A stretch of DNA of 58,003 nt, taken from NCBI RefSeq assembly GCF_004010195.1, contig NC_057760.1, positions 2,862,745 through 2,920,747 of the forward strand, in the 5' to 3' direction. Shown one piece after another: positions 1 to 13,085 of this stretch. The translations under genes were made by a program, and so were the position numbers. How positions within the stretch are numbered: position 1 is the first letter of the stretch; the number at the start of each line of letters is the position of its first letter. The notes under the pieces were generated by a model. The model worked only from the letters and a program-made list of their open reading frames with translations. It was not told the origin of the DNA and did not search any database. The stretch is from Chiloscyllium plagiosum (taxonomy: Eukaryota).

Positions 1-585
1 GAAGGTGAGGGAGGGTTATTGAGGAGGAGGGGGTTATTGAGGGGGAGGGAGGGTTATTGAGGGGGAGGGAGGGTTGTGGAGGGTGATGTAGGATTGTGGA
101 GGGTGAGGCACAGCTGGAGGGTGAGGGAGGGTTGTGGAGGGTGAGGGAAGGTTACAGAAGGTGATGTAGGATTGTGGAGGGTGAGGCACAGCTGGAGGGT
201 GAGGGAGGGTTGTGGAGGGTGAGGGAAGGTTACAGAAGGTGATGTAGGATTGTGGAGGGTGAGGCACAGCTGGAGGGTGAGGGAGGGTTGTGGAGGGTGA
301 GGGAAGGTTACAGAAGGTGATGTAGGATTGTGGAGGGTGAGGCACAGCTGGAGGGTGAGGGAGGGTTGTGGAGGGTGAGGGAAGGTTACAGAAGGTGATG
401 TAGGATTGTGGAGGGTGAGGCACAGCTGGAGGGTGAGGGAGGGTTGTGGAGGGTGAGGGAAGGTTGTGGAGGGTGATGTAGGATTGTGGAGGGTGAGGCA
501 CAGCTGGAGGGTGAGGGAGGGTTGTGGAGGGTGAGGGAAGGTTACAGAAGGTGATGTAGGATTGTGGAGGGTGAGGCACAGCTGC
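1..585. repeat. G-rich minisatellite, 78-bp higher-order unit built from ~20-bp GGAGGGTGA subunits
   Basis: 26-aa periodicity in the ORF translations. Confidence 0.9.
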
Positions 586-618
586 ACTGGCAGCTGAAGG
601 CCATGTTGTGGCCCTGAC

Positions 619-749
619 CTGACAGGCTGAGTGTAGCCTCGTGGCTGGCCCGGGTGTTTGCAATGTTGACTGCCACGCAGCGGTAGGAGCCCAGGTCCTG
701 CTGCTGTACCCGGGTGATCTGAAGAACTCCAGTTGGTAGCAGGGTATAC
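619..749 (-). CDS. IGDCC3-like: IGDCC3/protogenin-like receptor exon 4 (Ig domain 2, C-half); the gene continues beyond position 1
   Basis: ctccag|GTATACC...TCAG|gtcagg, 131 bp. Encodes YTLLPTGVLQITRVQQQDLGSYRCVAVNIANTRASHEATLSLS, in phase with exon 3. Confidence 0.92.
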
Positions 750-1049
750 CTGGAGACAAAAGCAGAGGCAGTCATGCTTTCCACACTCTGTCACAGTATG
801 GCACAGGGAATGACAGTGCTCCACACCTCACAGCTTTACAGACAAGGGCAGGATGTAGAGAGAGGGCAGCAGACAAGTTAAATTCAGCCACAGTGAGGTA
901 AAACACCACTAAATAACCACTTGTCTGAGATACAAGCAGAGGATTAAACAGTGCTTCATGACACCAAGTAATAATACCAGCTTTTCATCAAAATACTGGC
1001 TGCTGGATCTTTAAGTGTATGATACCTAAAACACTGGCTCCTGTTGAAC

Positions 1050-1522
1050 CCTTCAGCACTGACCCTCCAACAGTGTCCACTCCCTCAGCACTGACCCTCC
1101 ACAATGTCTGCCCCCTCAGCACTGACCCTCCGATAGTGCGGCAATCTCTCAATACTGACCCTCCGACAGTGCCTGCCCCCTCAGCACTGACCCTCCGACA
1201 GTGCGGCAATCTCTCAATACTGACCCTCCGACAGTGCGACGCTCCCTCAGCACTGACTCTCCGACAGTGCGGCAATCCCTCAGTACTGACCCTCCGACAG
1301 TGCGACGCTCCCTCAGCACTGACTCTCTGACAGTGCGGCGCTCCCTCAGCACTGACCCTCTGACAGTCTGGCACTCCTTCAGCACTGACCCTCCGACAGT
1401 GCGGCACTCCCTCAGCGCTGACCCTCCGACAGTGTGGCACTCCCTCAGCACTGACCCTCTGACAGTGCCAGCTCCCTCAGTGCCTGATCCTCCGACAGTG
1501 CCAGCTCCCTCAGCGCTGACCG
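1050..1522. repeat. 33-bp minisatellite CAGCACTGACCCTCCGACAGTGCGGCACTCCCT
   Basis: Tandem copies; the same unit recurs at 13420-13985, 15890-15995, 17595-17890 and 53060-53345. Confidence 0.92.
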
Positions 1523-1569
1523 TTTTGAATGATCACTCTCTCATGGTTGGTTGGAAAGCTGCAACTTAC

Positions 1570-1714
1570 CTGGCGTCTTCCATGTTCAAAGGAACACGGT
1601 TGAGTTCCCAGGTTATCTTGGCTTCAGGAATCCCGAAGATATGGCACTCGAACCGGGCCACTCCTCCCAGCTGCACCTTCATGGACTGAGGGTGGGTTTG
1701 AAACCGAGGCAAAG
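1570..1714 (-). CDS. IGDCC3-like: IGDCC3/protogenin-like receptor exon 3 (Ig domain 2, N-half)
   Basis: ttccag|CTTTG...GCCAG|gtaag, 145 bp. Encodes LPRFQTHPQSMKVQLGGVARFECHIFGIPEAKITWELNRVPLNMEDAR; the GGVARFxC and ITWExNRVP motifs are as in IGDCC3. Confidence 0.92.
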
Positions 1715-1979
1715 CTGGAAGGGAAGACCGACAGGAACTGTGAGAGGCATTCATTAAGCTTACTCACCAAGGTTTCAGATAAGACACAGAGGTTTGACCA
1801 GTTAGAGAGAGAGAATGAAGCACAATGAGGATAGCTCAGCGGCACAGGGAGGAATCAGAAGTGACCAGGTGTCATGGAAGTGTGAGGGAATGAGGATTCC
1901 AGGGTAGGGACGCAGTGAGAGTGAGGCTGAAGGTAGGGGGGTTGTACTCTGAGTGAGGATGAGGGATTGAGGGGAACAG

Positions 1980-2383
1980 ACATAAGAAAGAGAGAGAAAA
2001 TCCAGACAGAGAGAGAGAGAGACATAAAGAGAGAGAGAGAGAGACATAAAGAGAGANNNNNNNNNNNNNNNNNNNNNNNNNNNNNNNNNNNNNNNNNNNN
2101 NNNNNNNNNNNNNNNNNNNNNNNNNNNNNNNNNNNNNNNNNNNNNNNNNNNNNNNNNNNNNNNNNNNNNNNNGAATCTGGTTGAGAGATAGAGGTAGAGA
2201 GAGAAAGAGAGAATGAGAAAGGGAGGGAGGAATCTGGGGGATATGGGTGAGAGAGAAAATGAGAGCGGGAGGTATCTGGAGAGAGATATAAGCGAGAGCG
2301 AGGGAAATCTGGAGGGATATGGGTGAGAGAGTGAGAATGAGAAAGAGAGAGGGAGGAATTTGGAGGGGTTTGGGTGAGACAGC

Positions 2384-2414
<31 letters not shown>

Positions 2415-2415
2415 G
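1980..2415. repeat. GA-rich low-complexity/microsatellite tract spanning an N gap
   Basis: (GA)n runs. Confidence 0.85.
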
Positions 2416-2464
2416 TGTGGCAGTGATAGCTGCAGGTGAAGAGAATGAGGCAGGTATCACCTAC

Positions 2465-2770
2465 TTGCCACCTGCACACGGGCCTTGCGACTGAGCAGAA
2501 TGCCAAATCGATTTCGCGCCGTACAATCGTATTCCCCGACATCCGATTCGTTGTTCTCCTTTTTCTTCAGAAAGTTGCAGATACAGAGCGAACCATTATG
2601 GAGCACTGAGATACGGCCTCTGCCCTGCAGCGGTAAACCATCCTTCCTCCAAGTGATGGTGATGGGCTCCACCCCTTCCACTTGACAGTTTAACATCAGC
2701 GCTCGGTCCCTCACTGCAATCACATCACTTGGTTCCTCCACAAAATATAACTCGGAGAACAAGCCTCCAT
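2465..2770 (-). CDS. IGDCC3-like: IGDCC3/protogenin-like receptor exon 2 (Ig domain 1)
   Basis: tgcag|ATGGAGGC...GTGGCAA|gtagg, 306 bp. Peptide FSELYFVEEPSDV..LNCQVEG..ITWRKDG..NGSL..SDVGEYDCTARNRFGILLSRKARVQVA is an I-set Ig resembling IGDCC3/PRTG Ig1. Confidence 0.92.
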
Positions 2771-2806
2771 CTGCAATACACAATTGGGACACATCATGTT
2801 ATACGT

Positions 2807-3414
2807 CAGGATAGTGTGGCCCAGTCCCCCAGCAGCACTCAGCACTGGGTCCCTAACTGCAGGAATGTTTAATCAGGACATTGTGACCCAGTCCCACAGC
2901 AGCACTAAGCACTGGGCCCCTAACCTCAGGAATGTTTAATCAGGACAGTGTGGCCCAGTCCCCCAGCAGCACTCAGCACTGGGCCCCTAACCGCAGGAAT
3001 ATTTAATCAGGACAGTGTGACCCCAGAGCCCCAGCAGCACTCAGCACTGGGCCCCTAACCTCAGGAATGTTTAATCAGGACAGTGTGACCCAGTCCCCCA
3101 GCAGCACTCAGCACTGGGCCCCTAACCTCAGGAATGTTTAATCAGGACAGTGTGACCCCAGAGCCCCAGCAGCACTCAGCACTGGGCCATTAACCTCAGG
3201 AATGTTTAATCAGGACAGTGTGGCCCAGTCCCCCAGCAGCACTCAGCACTGTGCCCCTAACCTCAGGAATGTTTAATCAGGACAGTGTGACCCCAGAGCC
3301 CCAGCAGCACTCAGCGCTGGGCCGTTAACCTCAGGAATGTTTAATCAGGACAGTGTGGCCCAGTCCCCCAGCAGCACTCAGCACTGGGCCCTAACCTCAG
3401 GAATGTTTAATCAG
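2807..3414. repeat. 67-68-bp tandem repeat (~9 copies)
   Basis: Unit CAGGACAGTGTGGCCCAGTCCCCCAGCAGCACTCAGCACTGGGCCCCTAACCTCAGGAATGTTTAAT. Confidence 0.92.
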
Positions 3415-3794
3415 CCTTGAAAGCTCGGGAGGACACATTTGTCAAAATGATTCAAGTTACAAATTGGACTGGCCAGGTCTGTGTTTAGGAGACTGCAGCT
3501 GATGTCATCTTTACAAGGATGAGGGAATGTAAGGTTAATATGTTTTAATTTGTGTGAACTTGTAAGAATTGTTATTGAAACCATGAAATGAATATTTTTT
3601 TTAAATAAGCCTGGGTGCACAGTTTGTAAGTAAGGAACCAGATATTCATTGCATACCTGCAGGGTACAGCAGGGTCTGCAGTTGAACTGGAACCAAAAGG
3701 GTTGTGGACAGATGGAATTTTGGTTGACTGGTTCAGTACTAGTGACCAGTTACCAATGACAAGGATTTGCTAAAAAAAAACACCTGGAAGAAAC

Positions 3795-3935
3795 TGCAGA
3801 AACACAAACAGAAATGGCTGGAAAAGCTCAGCAGGCCTGTCAGAAAGTTTTGTTCTGAAGAAAGGTCACTCGACCCGAAACGCTAACTCTGATATCTCTC
3901 CACGGACTATGCCAGACCTGCTGAGCTTTTCCAGG
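3795..3935 (+). mobile_element. Foldback element with hammerhead-like core, interrupted by a SINE
   Basis: ctggaaaagctcagcagg is inverted as cctgctgagcttttccag. CUGAAGA-AAGGUCACUCGACCC-GAAAC-GCUA lies at 3855-3885. Confidence 0.6.
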
Positions 3936-4160
3936 ATTAGATTAGATTAGATTACTTACAGTGTGGAAACAGGCCCTTCGGCCCAACAAGTCCACACCGA
4001 CCCGCCGAAGCGCANNNNNNNNNNNNNNNNNNNNNAACCCACGCAGACACGGGGAGAATGTGCAAACTCCACACAGTCAGTCGCCTGAGTCGGGAATTGA
4101 ACCCGGGTCTCTGGCGCTGTGAGGCAGCAGTGCTAACCACTGTGCCACCATGCCGCCCAC
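3936..4160 (-). mobile_element. tRNA-derived shark SINE (HE1-like); other copies at ~6240-6540, 23850-24555 (split), 28220-28400, 36300-36495 and 39230-39465
   Basis: Pol III A/B boxes (tggttagcactgctgcctcacagc; ggttcaattccc), a conserved gtggagtttgcacattctcccc body and a (CTAAT)n tail. Confidence 0.8.
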
Positions 4161-4351
4161 AAAATCTCTGTTTGTGACAAAGATCTTCTGCCGGTCAACA
4201 ACACATGATTGGTTCTTGGGTTAGCAGAACAGCTTGGGGACGGGGGTAAGATTTTGATTTGATTTAGTTTATTATTGTCACAAGTACGGAGACACAGTGA
4301 AAGGTTTTGTCTTGCATGCTATCCAGGCAAATCATACCTTACGTAAGTATG

Positions 4352-4522
4352 ATGTGGAGGAGCCATTGTTGGACAAAGTTAAAAATCACACAACATCAGC
4401 TAATAGCCTAACAGGTTTATTCGGAAGTGCAGCTTTCTGAATACTGCTCCTTCATCAGGTAGCTAGCTACCGGACAAAATAAACCTGTTGGACTATAGCC
4501 TGGTGTCCTGTGATTTTTAACT
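4352..4522. mobile_element. Foldback Penelope-like short element (third family; related copies at ~16550, ~32560-32830, ~40290-40410)
   Basis: aaaaatcacacaac..acaggtttat is inverted as ataaacctgttggactat..gtgattttt. The minus strand has a degenerate hammerhead, CUGAUGA-AGGAGCAGUAUUCA-GAAA-GCU. Confidence 0.6.
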
Positions 4523-5185
4523 TACATTAGTATGTCAGAGTAAGAATGCAGAATACAGTGTTACAGCTACAGAGAAGGTGCAGGGAGAGAAGGGGTCATT
4601 GTTGGTAATTCTGACAGACTTAAAATTGAGATTTAAAAGAGTAGATCGATTATAGAAGATGTGAGGAGATGATCTGTTGGAGAGAGCTCACAACGGGTTA
4701 CATTAACATAGAAAAATACAGCGCAGTACAGGCCCTTTGGCCCTCGATGTTGCGCCGATCCAAGTCCACCTAACCTACACTAGCCCACTATCCTCCATAT
4801 GCCTATCCAATGCCTGTTTAAATGCCCATAAAGAGGGAGAGTCCACCACTGCTACTGAAAGAAATTAAGACGCCTTCAGCAGTTCAGGAGTTTTCTGTTC
4901 CCTTCTTTAAGCCACTTTAACCTTGAACAAGACCAGTTTATCTTTCCTTCAACAATTGCTGTAAGCTGTGGTTTTGTTCGATAATGCAGAGATCTTTTAT
5001 CAGTGAAGCTGCTGCTTGGTGTCATCTGGAGAAGGACGATTGGAAAACAGATTTTTATTTGATTAGCACAAGAACAAAGAGCACTGAACCGCATTCCGAG
5101 TTTGCCCCTCTGTCCAGTACACCCATGTCTTTTTCCTGCCTTTGTCTGTCTGTCAGGAAGTGTATAGAGGGGTTAGTGCTTTAAT

Positions 5186-5940
5186 TTGCATTTTGGGAAA
5201 GCAAATCTTAGCAGAACTTATACACTTAATGGTAAGGTCCTAGGGAGTGTTGCTGAACAAAGAGACCTTGAAGTGCAGGTTCATAACTCCTTGAAAGTGG
5301 AGTTGCAGGTAGATAGGATAGTGAAGAACGCATTTGGTATGCTTTCCTTTATTGGTCAGAGTACTGAATACAGGAGTTGGGAGGTCATGTTGTGGCTGTA
5401 CAGGGCATTGGTTAGGCCACTTTTGGAATATTGCATGCAATTCTGTCTCCTTCCTATCGGAAGGATGTTGTGAAACTTGAAAGGGTTCAGAAAAGACTTA
5501 AGGATGTTGCAAGGGTTGGAGGATTTGAGCTATAGGGAGAGGCTGAACAGACTGGGGCTGTTTTCCCTGGAGCATCGGAGGCTGAGAGGTAACGTTATAG
5601 AAGTTTATAAAATCATGAGGGCACGAATACGATAAATATACAAAGTCTTTTCCCTGGGGTGGGGGAGTCCAGAACTAGAAGGAGTAGGTATAGGGTGAGA
5701 GAGGAAAGAAATAAAAGAGACCTCAGGGACAACGTTTTCACACAGAGAGTGGTACATCTATGGAATGAGCTGCCAGGGGAAGTGGTGGAGGCTGGTACAA
5801 TTGCAACATTTAAAGGGCATCTGGATGGGTATACGCATAGGAGGGGTTTTGAGAGATATGGGCCAGGTGCTGATAGGTGGGACTAGATTGGGTTTGGATA
5901 TCCAAGTTGGACTGAAGGGTCTGTTTCTGTGCTGTATGGA
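5186..5940 (+). mobile_element. CR1-type LINE 3' fragment
   Basis: HFGKAN..YTLNG..EQRDL, LYRALVRPLLEYC, FTQRVVHLWNELP. Confidence 0.85.
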
Positions 5941-7244
5941 CAATAACTGCTGATCTAGCCAGGGTCACCTATGTCCCGTGAACAAATGATGTTATATCAA
6001 TTAATTGAACGTAAATTCCATTTATTGTCAGGATGGGATTTGAACATATCTCAAAAACCTTAGTATGGATCTCTGGATTGCCAGTCCAGTGAGATTATGG
6101 TCTAACATCACCAGCTCCCCTTATTGCACTGTAACATTTTGATGTAGCACACTGACACACTCTAGCACACACCACCTCATATTGCCTAATACATTTATAT
6201 TGCACTGTTACACCCACTAATGTTACACAGAATTCCTCCAGTACAGAAGGGGGCCATTCAGCCCATCAAGATTTCACTACCCCTCCAAACACTCCATCTC
6301 CATAATCCCACACTATCCATGGTTAATTCACCCAGCCTACACATCCCTAGAGATTATGGGACAATTTAGCATGGCCAACCCGCTCTAACCTGCACATCTT
6401 TGGACTCTGGGAGGAAACCGGAGTACCTGCAGGAAACCCATGGAGACACAGGGGAAAATGTGCAAACTCCACAGAGACGTCACTTGAGGCTGGAATCGAA
6501 CCCAGGTCCCTATGCTGTGAGGCAGCAGTGCTAACCATCTGCAAACTTGTCAATGAGACTGGTCTGCGTTCAGATGTGCTGCTTTCTACAGTTAAACTGC
6601 CTGCTAGCTCGAACTGTGCAGACTGATTATCACTGTGGCTATCAGAGGGACAGCTGCCGAACGTGAATTGCCACTGAAGTGAGAGGTAGCAGTTTCAGGA
6701 ATGTGAGAGATAAATGGCACCATGCAATCTGTCTGGCTATCAGAGTGACGCCCAACTGCTGGTGCTGCGAAATGGAGCTAAGGTTGACTCTGATGATTTG
6801 TGCTGAATAGGACCTGGGTGCTCTTGAACTCTCTGCCTGTCCCTTTGTATGGGCTGACAGGTTGTGAATGCAATCCTGAACTCCTGCTGCTCTGAGGCTC
6901 CTTCCAATGGCTCAGCTTCTCGAAATAATTCAATTAACGTCTTAAAAGACATTTGGCTCTCTTTGGAGAAATGGATGATGTTGAAGGAAGGGGCGTTCAG
7001 GGATCACCCAACTCCCAAGAGTCTCGGTCTGGCCAATGGTACAAACAGTCACAGGAACAAAGTGAATTCACACTAACAACCTGTGGGGGAAGGGCTTCCA
7101 GCCTGACTGCCTCCTGCAGCAATTGCCTGCACAGTCCCATCCGTATAAATATAATACAACATTTAATTGGCACTCATCTAGATTTAGACGAGTCACTTCG
7201 ATCGTTCTGGCTCAGCTGGCATAGAGCTCCAACTTTTCAAACAT

Positions 7245-10150
7245 GGATCTCACCGGGATACGGCTCCATGCGCACACTGACTCTCACCAGGGAATGCCCC
7301 CCCCCACACACTCTGACTCTCACCAGGGAATGGGGCGCACACACACTGACTCTCACTGGGTTACGGCTCCACACACACACACAATGACTCTCACCAGGGA
7401 ATGGGGTCCACACACACACTGACTCTCACCAGGGAATGGGGCGCACACACACACTGACTCTCACTGGGTTACGGCTCCACACACACACACAATGACTCTC
7501 ACTGGGGAATGGGGTCCACACACACACTGACTCTCACCAGGGAATGGGGCCCACACACACACTGACTCTCACCAGGGAATGGGTCCCACATACACTGCCT
7601 CTCACTGGGATATGGCTCCACACACACACACTGACTCTCACCAGGGCATGGGGCCCACACACACACTGACTCTCACCAGGAATGGGTCCCACACACACAT
7701 TGACTCTCACCAGGAAATGGGTCCCACACACACACCGACTCTCACCAGGGAATGGGGCGCACACACACACTGACTCTCACTGGGTTACGGCTCCACACAC
7801 ACACACTGACTCTCACTGGGGAATGGGTCCCACACACACACACACTGACTGTCACCAGGGAATGGGGCCCACACACACACTGACTATCACCAGGGAATGG
7901 GTCCCACACACACTGCCTCTCACTGGGTTATGGCTCCACACACACACACTGACTCTCACCAGGGAATGGGGCCCACACACACACAATGACTCTCACCAGG
8001 GAATGGGTCCCACACACACACACTGACTCTCACCAGGAATAGGTTCCCCTGACACACACTGACTCTCACCAGGGAATGGGTCCCACACGCACACACTGAC
8101 TCTCACCAGGGAATGGGGCCCACACACACACTGACTCTCACCAGGGAATGGGGTCCACACACACACACTGACTCTCACCAGGGAATGGGTCCCACACACA
8201 CACACACACACACACTGACTCTCACCAGGGAATGGGGCCCACACACACACTGACTCTCACCAGGGAATGGGTCCCCCACACACACACTGACTCTCACTGG
8301 GGAATGGGTCCCACACACACACTGACTCTCACTGGGGAATGGGTCCCACACACACACACTGACTCTCACCAGGGAATGGGTCCCCCACACACACACTGAC
8401 TCTCACTGGGGAATGGGTCCCACACACACATTGACTCTCACCAGGGAATGGGGCCCACACACACTGACTCTCACCAGGGAATAGGTCCCACACACACAGA
8501 CTCTCACCAGGGAATAGGTCCCACACACACACTGACTCTCACTGGGTTACGGCTACACACACACACTGACTTTCACTGGGGAATGGGTCCCATACACACA
8601 CTGACTCTCACTGGGGAATGGGTCACACACACACACACACACTGACACTCACCGGGGTACTGGGTCCCACACACACATACTGACTCTCACTGGGGTATGG
8701 GGTCCCACACACACATACTGACTCTCACTGCGGTACAGGGTCGCACACACATACTGACTCTCACTGGGATACAGGGTCCCACACATGCACACTGACTCTC
8801 ACTGAGGTACAGGGCCCCACACACACACTGGCTCTTACTGAGGTATAGGGTCCCACACACACACATTGACCCACACTGGGGTCTCACACACACACTGACC
8901 CTCACTGGGGTACAGCATCCCACAAACACACACACACAAGCACACACTGTCTCTCACTGGGGTACGGATCCCACACACACACACACAGACACTGACTCTC
9001 TCTGGGGTATAGGATCCAACACACACTGACTCTCACTGGGATACAGGGTCCCACAAACACACACAAACTAGCACACACTGACTCTCACTGGGGTACAGGG
9101 TCCCACACACACACTGGCTCTTACTGAGGTACAGGGTCACACACACACCGACTCTCACTGGGGTACAGGGTCCCACACATACACACACACACTGACTCTC
9201 ACTGGGGTACAGGGTCCGACACACACTGACTCACTGGGGTACGGATCCCACACAGACACTGACTCTCTCTGGGGTACGGGGTCCAACGCACACTGACTCT
9301 CACTGGGATATGGGCTCACACACACACTGACTCTCACTGGGGTACAGGTTCCCACACACACACACTGACTTTCTCTGGGGTACAGGGTCCCACACACACA
9401 CTGGCTATCACTGGGGTACAGGGTCCCACACACACACTGGCTCTTACTGGGGTACAGGGACCTACCAATACTTACTCTCACTGGGGTATGGAGTCCCCCA
9501 CACACACACGACTCTCTGTGGGGTACAAGGTCCCACATACACACACTGACTCCCACTGGGGTACGGGGTTCCACACAAACACTGACTCTCACTGGGGTAT
9601 GGGGTCCAACACATACGATGCTCACTGGGGTGCAGGGTCCCACTCACACACATACTGACTCTCACTGAGATACAGGGTCCCACACACACATACTGACTCT
9701 CACTGGGGTATGGGGTCCCACACACACACACACGACTCTCTGTGGGGTACAAGGTCCTACACACACACACACTGACTCTCACTGGGGTACGGGGTCCTAC
9801 ACACACACACTGACCCTCACTGGGGTACAGGGTCCCACACACACACACTGACTCTCACTGGGGTACGGGGTCCTACACACACACACACTGACCCTCACTG
9901 GGGTACAGGGTCCCACACACACACACTGACTCTCACTGGGGTATGGGGTCCCACACACACACACACTGACTCTCACTGGGGTATGCAGTACCACACACAC
10001 ACACACACACACTGACTTTCACTGGGTATGGGGTCCCACACACACACACTGACTCTCACTGGGGTATGGGGTCCCACACACACACACTGACTCTCACTGG
10101 GGTATGGGGTCCCACACACACATACTGACTCTCACTGGGGTATGCTTTCC
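7245..10150. repeat. ~35-45-bp minisatellite with a variable (CA)n tract
   Basis: CTGACTCTCAC(C/T)(A/G)GGG(A/T)A(T/C)GGGGTCC(CA)n repeated over 2.9 kb. Confidence 0.93.
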
Positions 10151-11087
10151 ACACTGAAACCTACTTACTGAGGCATGGCTCCCAAACACACCACCTTTCA
10201 ATAGGATACTGGTTCCCTGAACTCCAACTCACATTGGGATTCAGGTTACAGATGTATCCTCTACGTCTGAAAGCACTGGCTGTGCAGTTTACTGGATTTT
10301 GACTTTATCTGCTTTACAGAACATGTGAGAACATGTCTAGGTGGGCCATTCAGCCCCTCCAGCCTGACCAGTCTAGCTCATGGCTGAACGCCTAACTCAT
10401 CACCATTTTCCCCCAATTATCATCATATCCCTTAATGCCTCATCTCGAAATCTCAATGTGGAAGACAGTCACAGTTTGAGCTTACACTGCCTCTGGATAA
10501 GGGAATTGGAAAGCTCTACTCTCCTCTCAGTGAAAAAAATTCCTCATCTCTCACTCCGAAAGGGCTTCCTCCTCATTCTGAGACTGTGTCCTTGGTTCTA
10601 GCTCCCCCTTCAGTCCGGGCTAACTTCTTTCCAGCATTTCCCCTGTTGGGTTCTGTAAGAATGTTGTAAGCCTCCTGGAGATCCCTGCCCATTCTTCTCC
10701 ACTCTGAGAATACAGGTCGGCTCTCCAAGACCCGGCCTCATCGGGTAATCCCACCGGCCTAGAGATCTGTGCAATGAACAATCACTGCATCATTCCCTGG
10801 TGATTATATCCTTCTTCACATCAGGAGACTAAAAAAGTGTACACAATACTCAGGTGGGTGTCTCACCCAGGCTCTGTACAACTGCAGTAAGATGTTCTTC
10901 CTCCTGTACTGAAAGCCTCTTCCATAAAGGACTAACGTGCTGCTTCCCCTAAGTAAGTGCATGCAGCATTGACACGCTAGTGTAGTGATTGTAATGAGGT
11001 CAGCTAGGTGGCCCTTATAGAATACAAGTTCCCTGATAACCTGATTCAGTCAGGGAATCCTGGCTGATTGACAAGAATATTGAGGTC

Positions 11088-12550
11088 TCCCGTCACTTTA
11101 GAGGAGCTGACCGGCGCCTTTGACCAGCTTTCGAGGGGCTAGTCCCAGGGATGGACGGGCTGATCGTGGCATTCTTCAGGGCGTTCTGCGAAGTCCTGGG
11201 CATGACTACGCACAGATCCTGGGGAAGTGTCTTACTGCCGGAGAGCCGCCCCTTTCTTGGCACAGGACAGTCATCGTCCTGCTGCCAAAGGGGGACCTTC
11301 GTTCTTTGAAGAACTGGTGTCCGGTCTCCCTCCTCGGCACGGATTATAAAATCTTTGCCAGGATGTTGTCTTCTCGCCTGGCTTCCGTGCTGGCCCACAT
11401 GATTCACCTGGACCAGTTCTATATGGTCCCCGGAGGATACACGACAACGTCCACCTGGTCCGGGACCTGATCCATTTCTGTCGACGGGCTGGTCTGCCGA
11501 GCGCCTTCCTGTCTCTCGACCAGGAGAAGGCGTTCGACAGGGTCGATCACGAGTATCTGCTCGGGACTCTGCAGGCATTAGGGTTTGGGACGCGGTTCAT
11601 CACCCAGATCCGACTTTTGTATGCCGCTGCAGAGTGTCTGGTTAAAGTTAACAGGTCCCTGACGGCGCCCCTTCGCTTTGGAAGAGGAGTAAGTCAAGGC
11701 TGCCCCCTGTCCGTCCAGCTGTATTCCCTATGCGTGCAGCCTTTCCTGCGCCTCTTGCGGAGGAGGTTGTCGGGGCTGGTTCTGCGCGGCGCAGGCACGG
11801 GAGTGGTCCTCTTGGCTTACGTCGACAACGCGCTCCTCACTTTCACCGACCCGGCTAACCCGGAGAGGATGCGCGAGTGCCAGGCAGTGTACTCGGCAGC
11901 GTCTTCCGCCAGGATCAACTGGGCCAAATGTTCCGGACTACTGGCCGGTCCATGGTGGGTGGACTCTCTGCCGGAGGAGTTGCGGAGGTTTCTTTGGAGT
12001 ACCACCCATCTCCTCTATCTGGGGTTTATCTCAGGTGTGCAGTGGAATCTCGCCTGCGCTCACCCCTGCCTGGATGGAATTTCACATTGGCACCAAAGTC
12101 CCGTACGTCCCGCGGGAACCTGTGCCCCACTAACTGAGCCAACTCCGGAATTTGAGTTTTACCCCTTTTAGGGACATAAAACGGTGGGGCCCCTTACAGA
12201 CAGCTGCTGCAACCGTCCACCTCTTCTCCCTCATCCACCGCCTGGACATACCTTAGTGTGCTTATCTGCCACCAGGTGATAGGGATCCTCAGTGGAGGAC
12301 ACTCTGTGAGAGAGTCCTCCCCCTTTCTCTTGGGGATCTGGGGTGGAAGGTGCTGCACACAGTGGTCCCCTGCAACCGCGGGTTGCGGTGGTTCACGGAC
12401 TCCCAGCCCAACTGCTTGTTCTGTGGCGCTGCGGAGTCTATGGACCATGTATATATTGGGTGTGGGAGTTTGCACTCCCTTTTTTGATTTTCTTAAAAAC
12501 CTTCTCCTCTGTTTTTTTGTGGCACTTCAGTCCTACGCTCCTCACACACA
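11088..12550 (+). mobile_element. Tx1-clade (L1-like) non-LTR retrotransposon fragment, RT domain with frameshifts
   Basis: LLPKGDLRSLKNWCPVSLLGTDYKIFARMLSSRL, SLDQEKAFDRVDHEYL, GRGVSQGCPLS and LAYVDN (degenerate YADD). GC/CpG-rich. Confidence 0.88.
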
Positions 12551-12631
12551 CACGACATGGGTGCTGGGGAAAAATAAGCACAACCGATGTCAGGTGGTAG
12601 TCTGGGTGTGGGAAGGAAAAATAAAAGAACA

Positions 12632-13085
12632 CAGAGGTTTATAAAATCATGAGGGGCATGGATAAGTTGAATATCCAAGGTCTTTCCCCCAGGATAGGGG
12701 AGTCCAAAACTAGAAGGCATAGCTTTAAGGTGAGAGGGGAAAATTTAAAAGGAACCTAAGGGGCAACCTTTTCATACTGAGGGTGGTGCATGTATGGAAC
12801 AAGCTGCCAGAGGAGACAGGTACAATTACAGCATTTAAAAGGCACCTGGATGGATAAATGAATAGGAAGAGTTCAGAGGGATATGGGCCAAATACTGGCA
12901 AATGGGACTAGATTAATTTGACCTACAGTAACATGACTGTATTCCACACAGATTTCTCGATGAGACATTAAGGGATATGGTCTTGTTTGAGGGGAAATAG
13001 CGATGAGGTAGGTTATCAGCCATGGTATTGGTTGGCATGGATGAGTTGGTCCGAAGGGTTTGTTTCCGTGCTGTACATTTCTATA
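12632..13085 (+). mobile_element. CR1-type LINE 3' fragment
   Basis: agaggtttataaaatcatgagggg... shared with the other CR1 3' ends. Confidence 0.75.

Noticed and set aside
34-824. 241-aa and 256-aa Pro/His-rich ORFs
   Set aside because: They translate the 78-bp minisatellite. The real coding part is the 619-749 exon in another frame.
4090-4160. tRNA gene
   Set aside because: The A/B boxes belong to a SINE head that continues into a SINE body and tail, and there are several diverged copies in the window.
6740-7140. Short minus-strand ORFs as an alternative first exon of the Ig receptor
   Set aside because: No hydrophobic signal peptide or phase-1 donor. The 18582-18651 exon fits much better.
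7245-10150. Repeat-spacer (CRISPR-like) appearance and many Cys/Val or His/Thr ORFs
   Set aside because: The variable part is only (CA)n length, and the ORFs are repeat translations.
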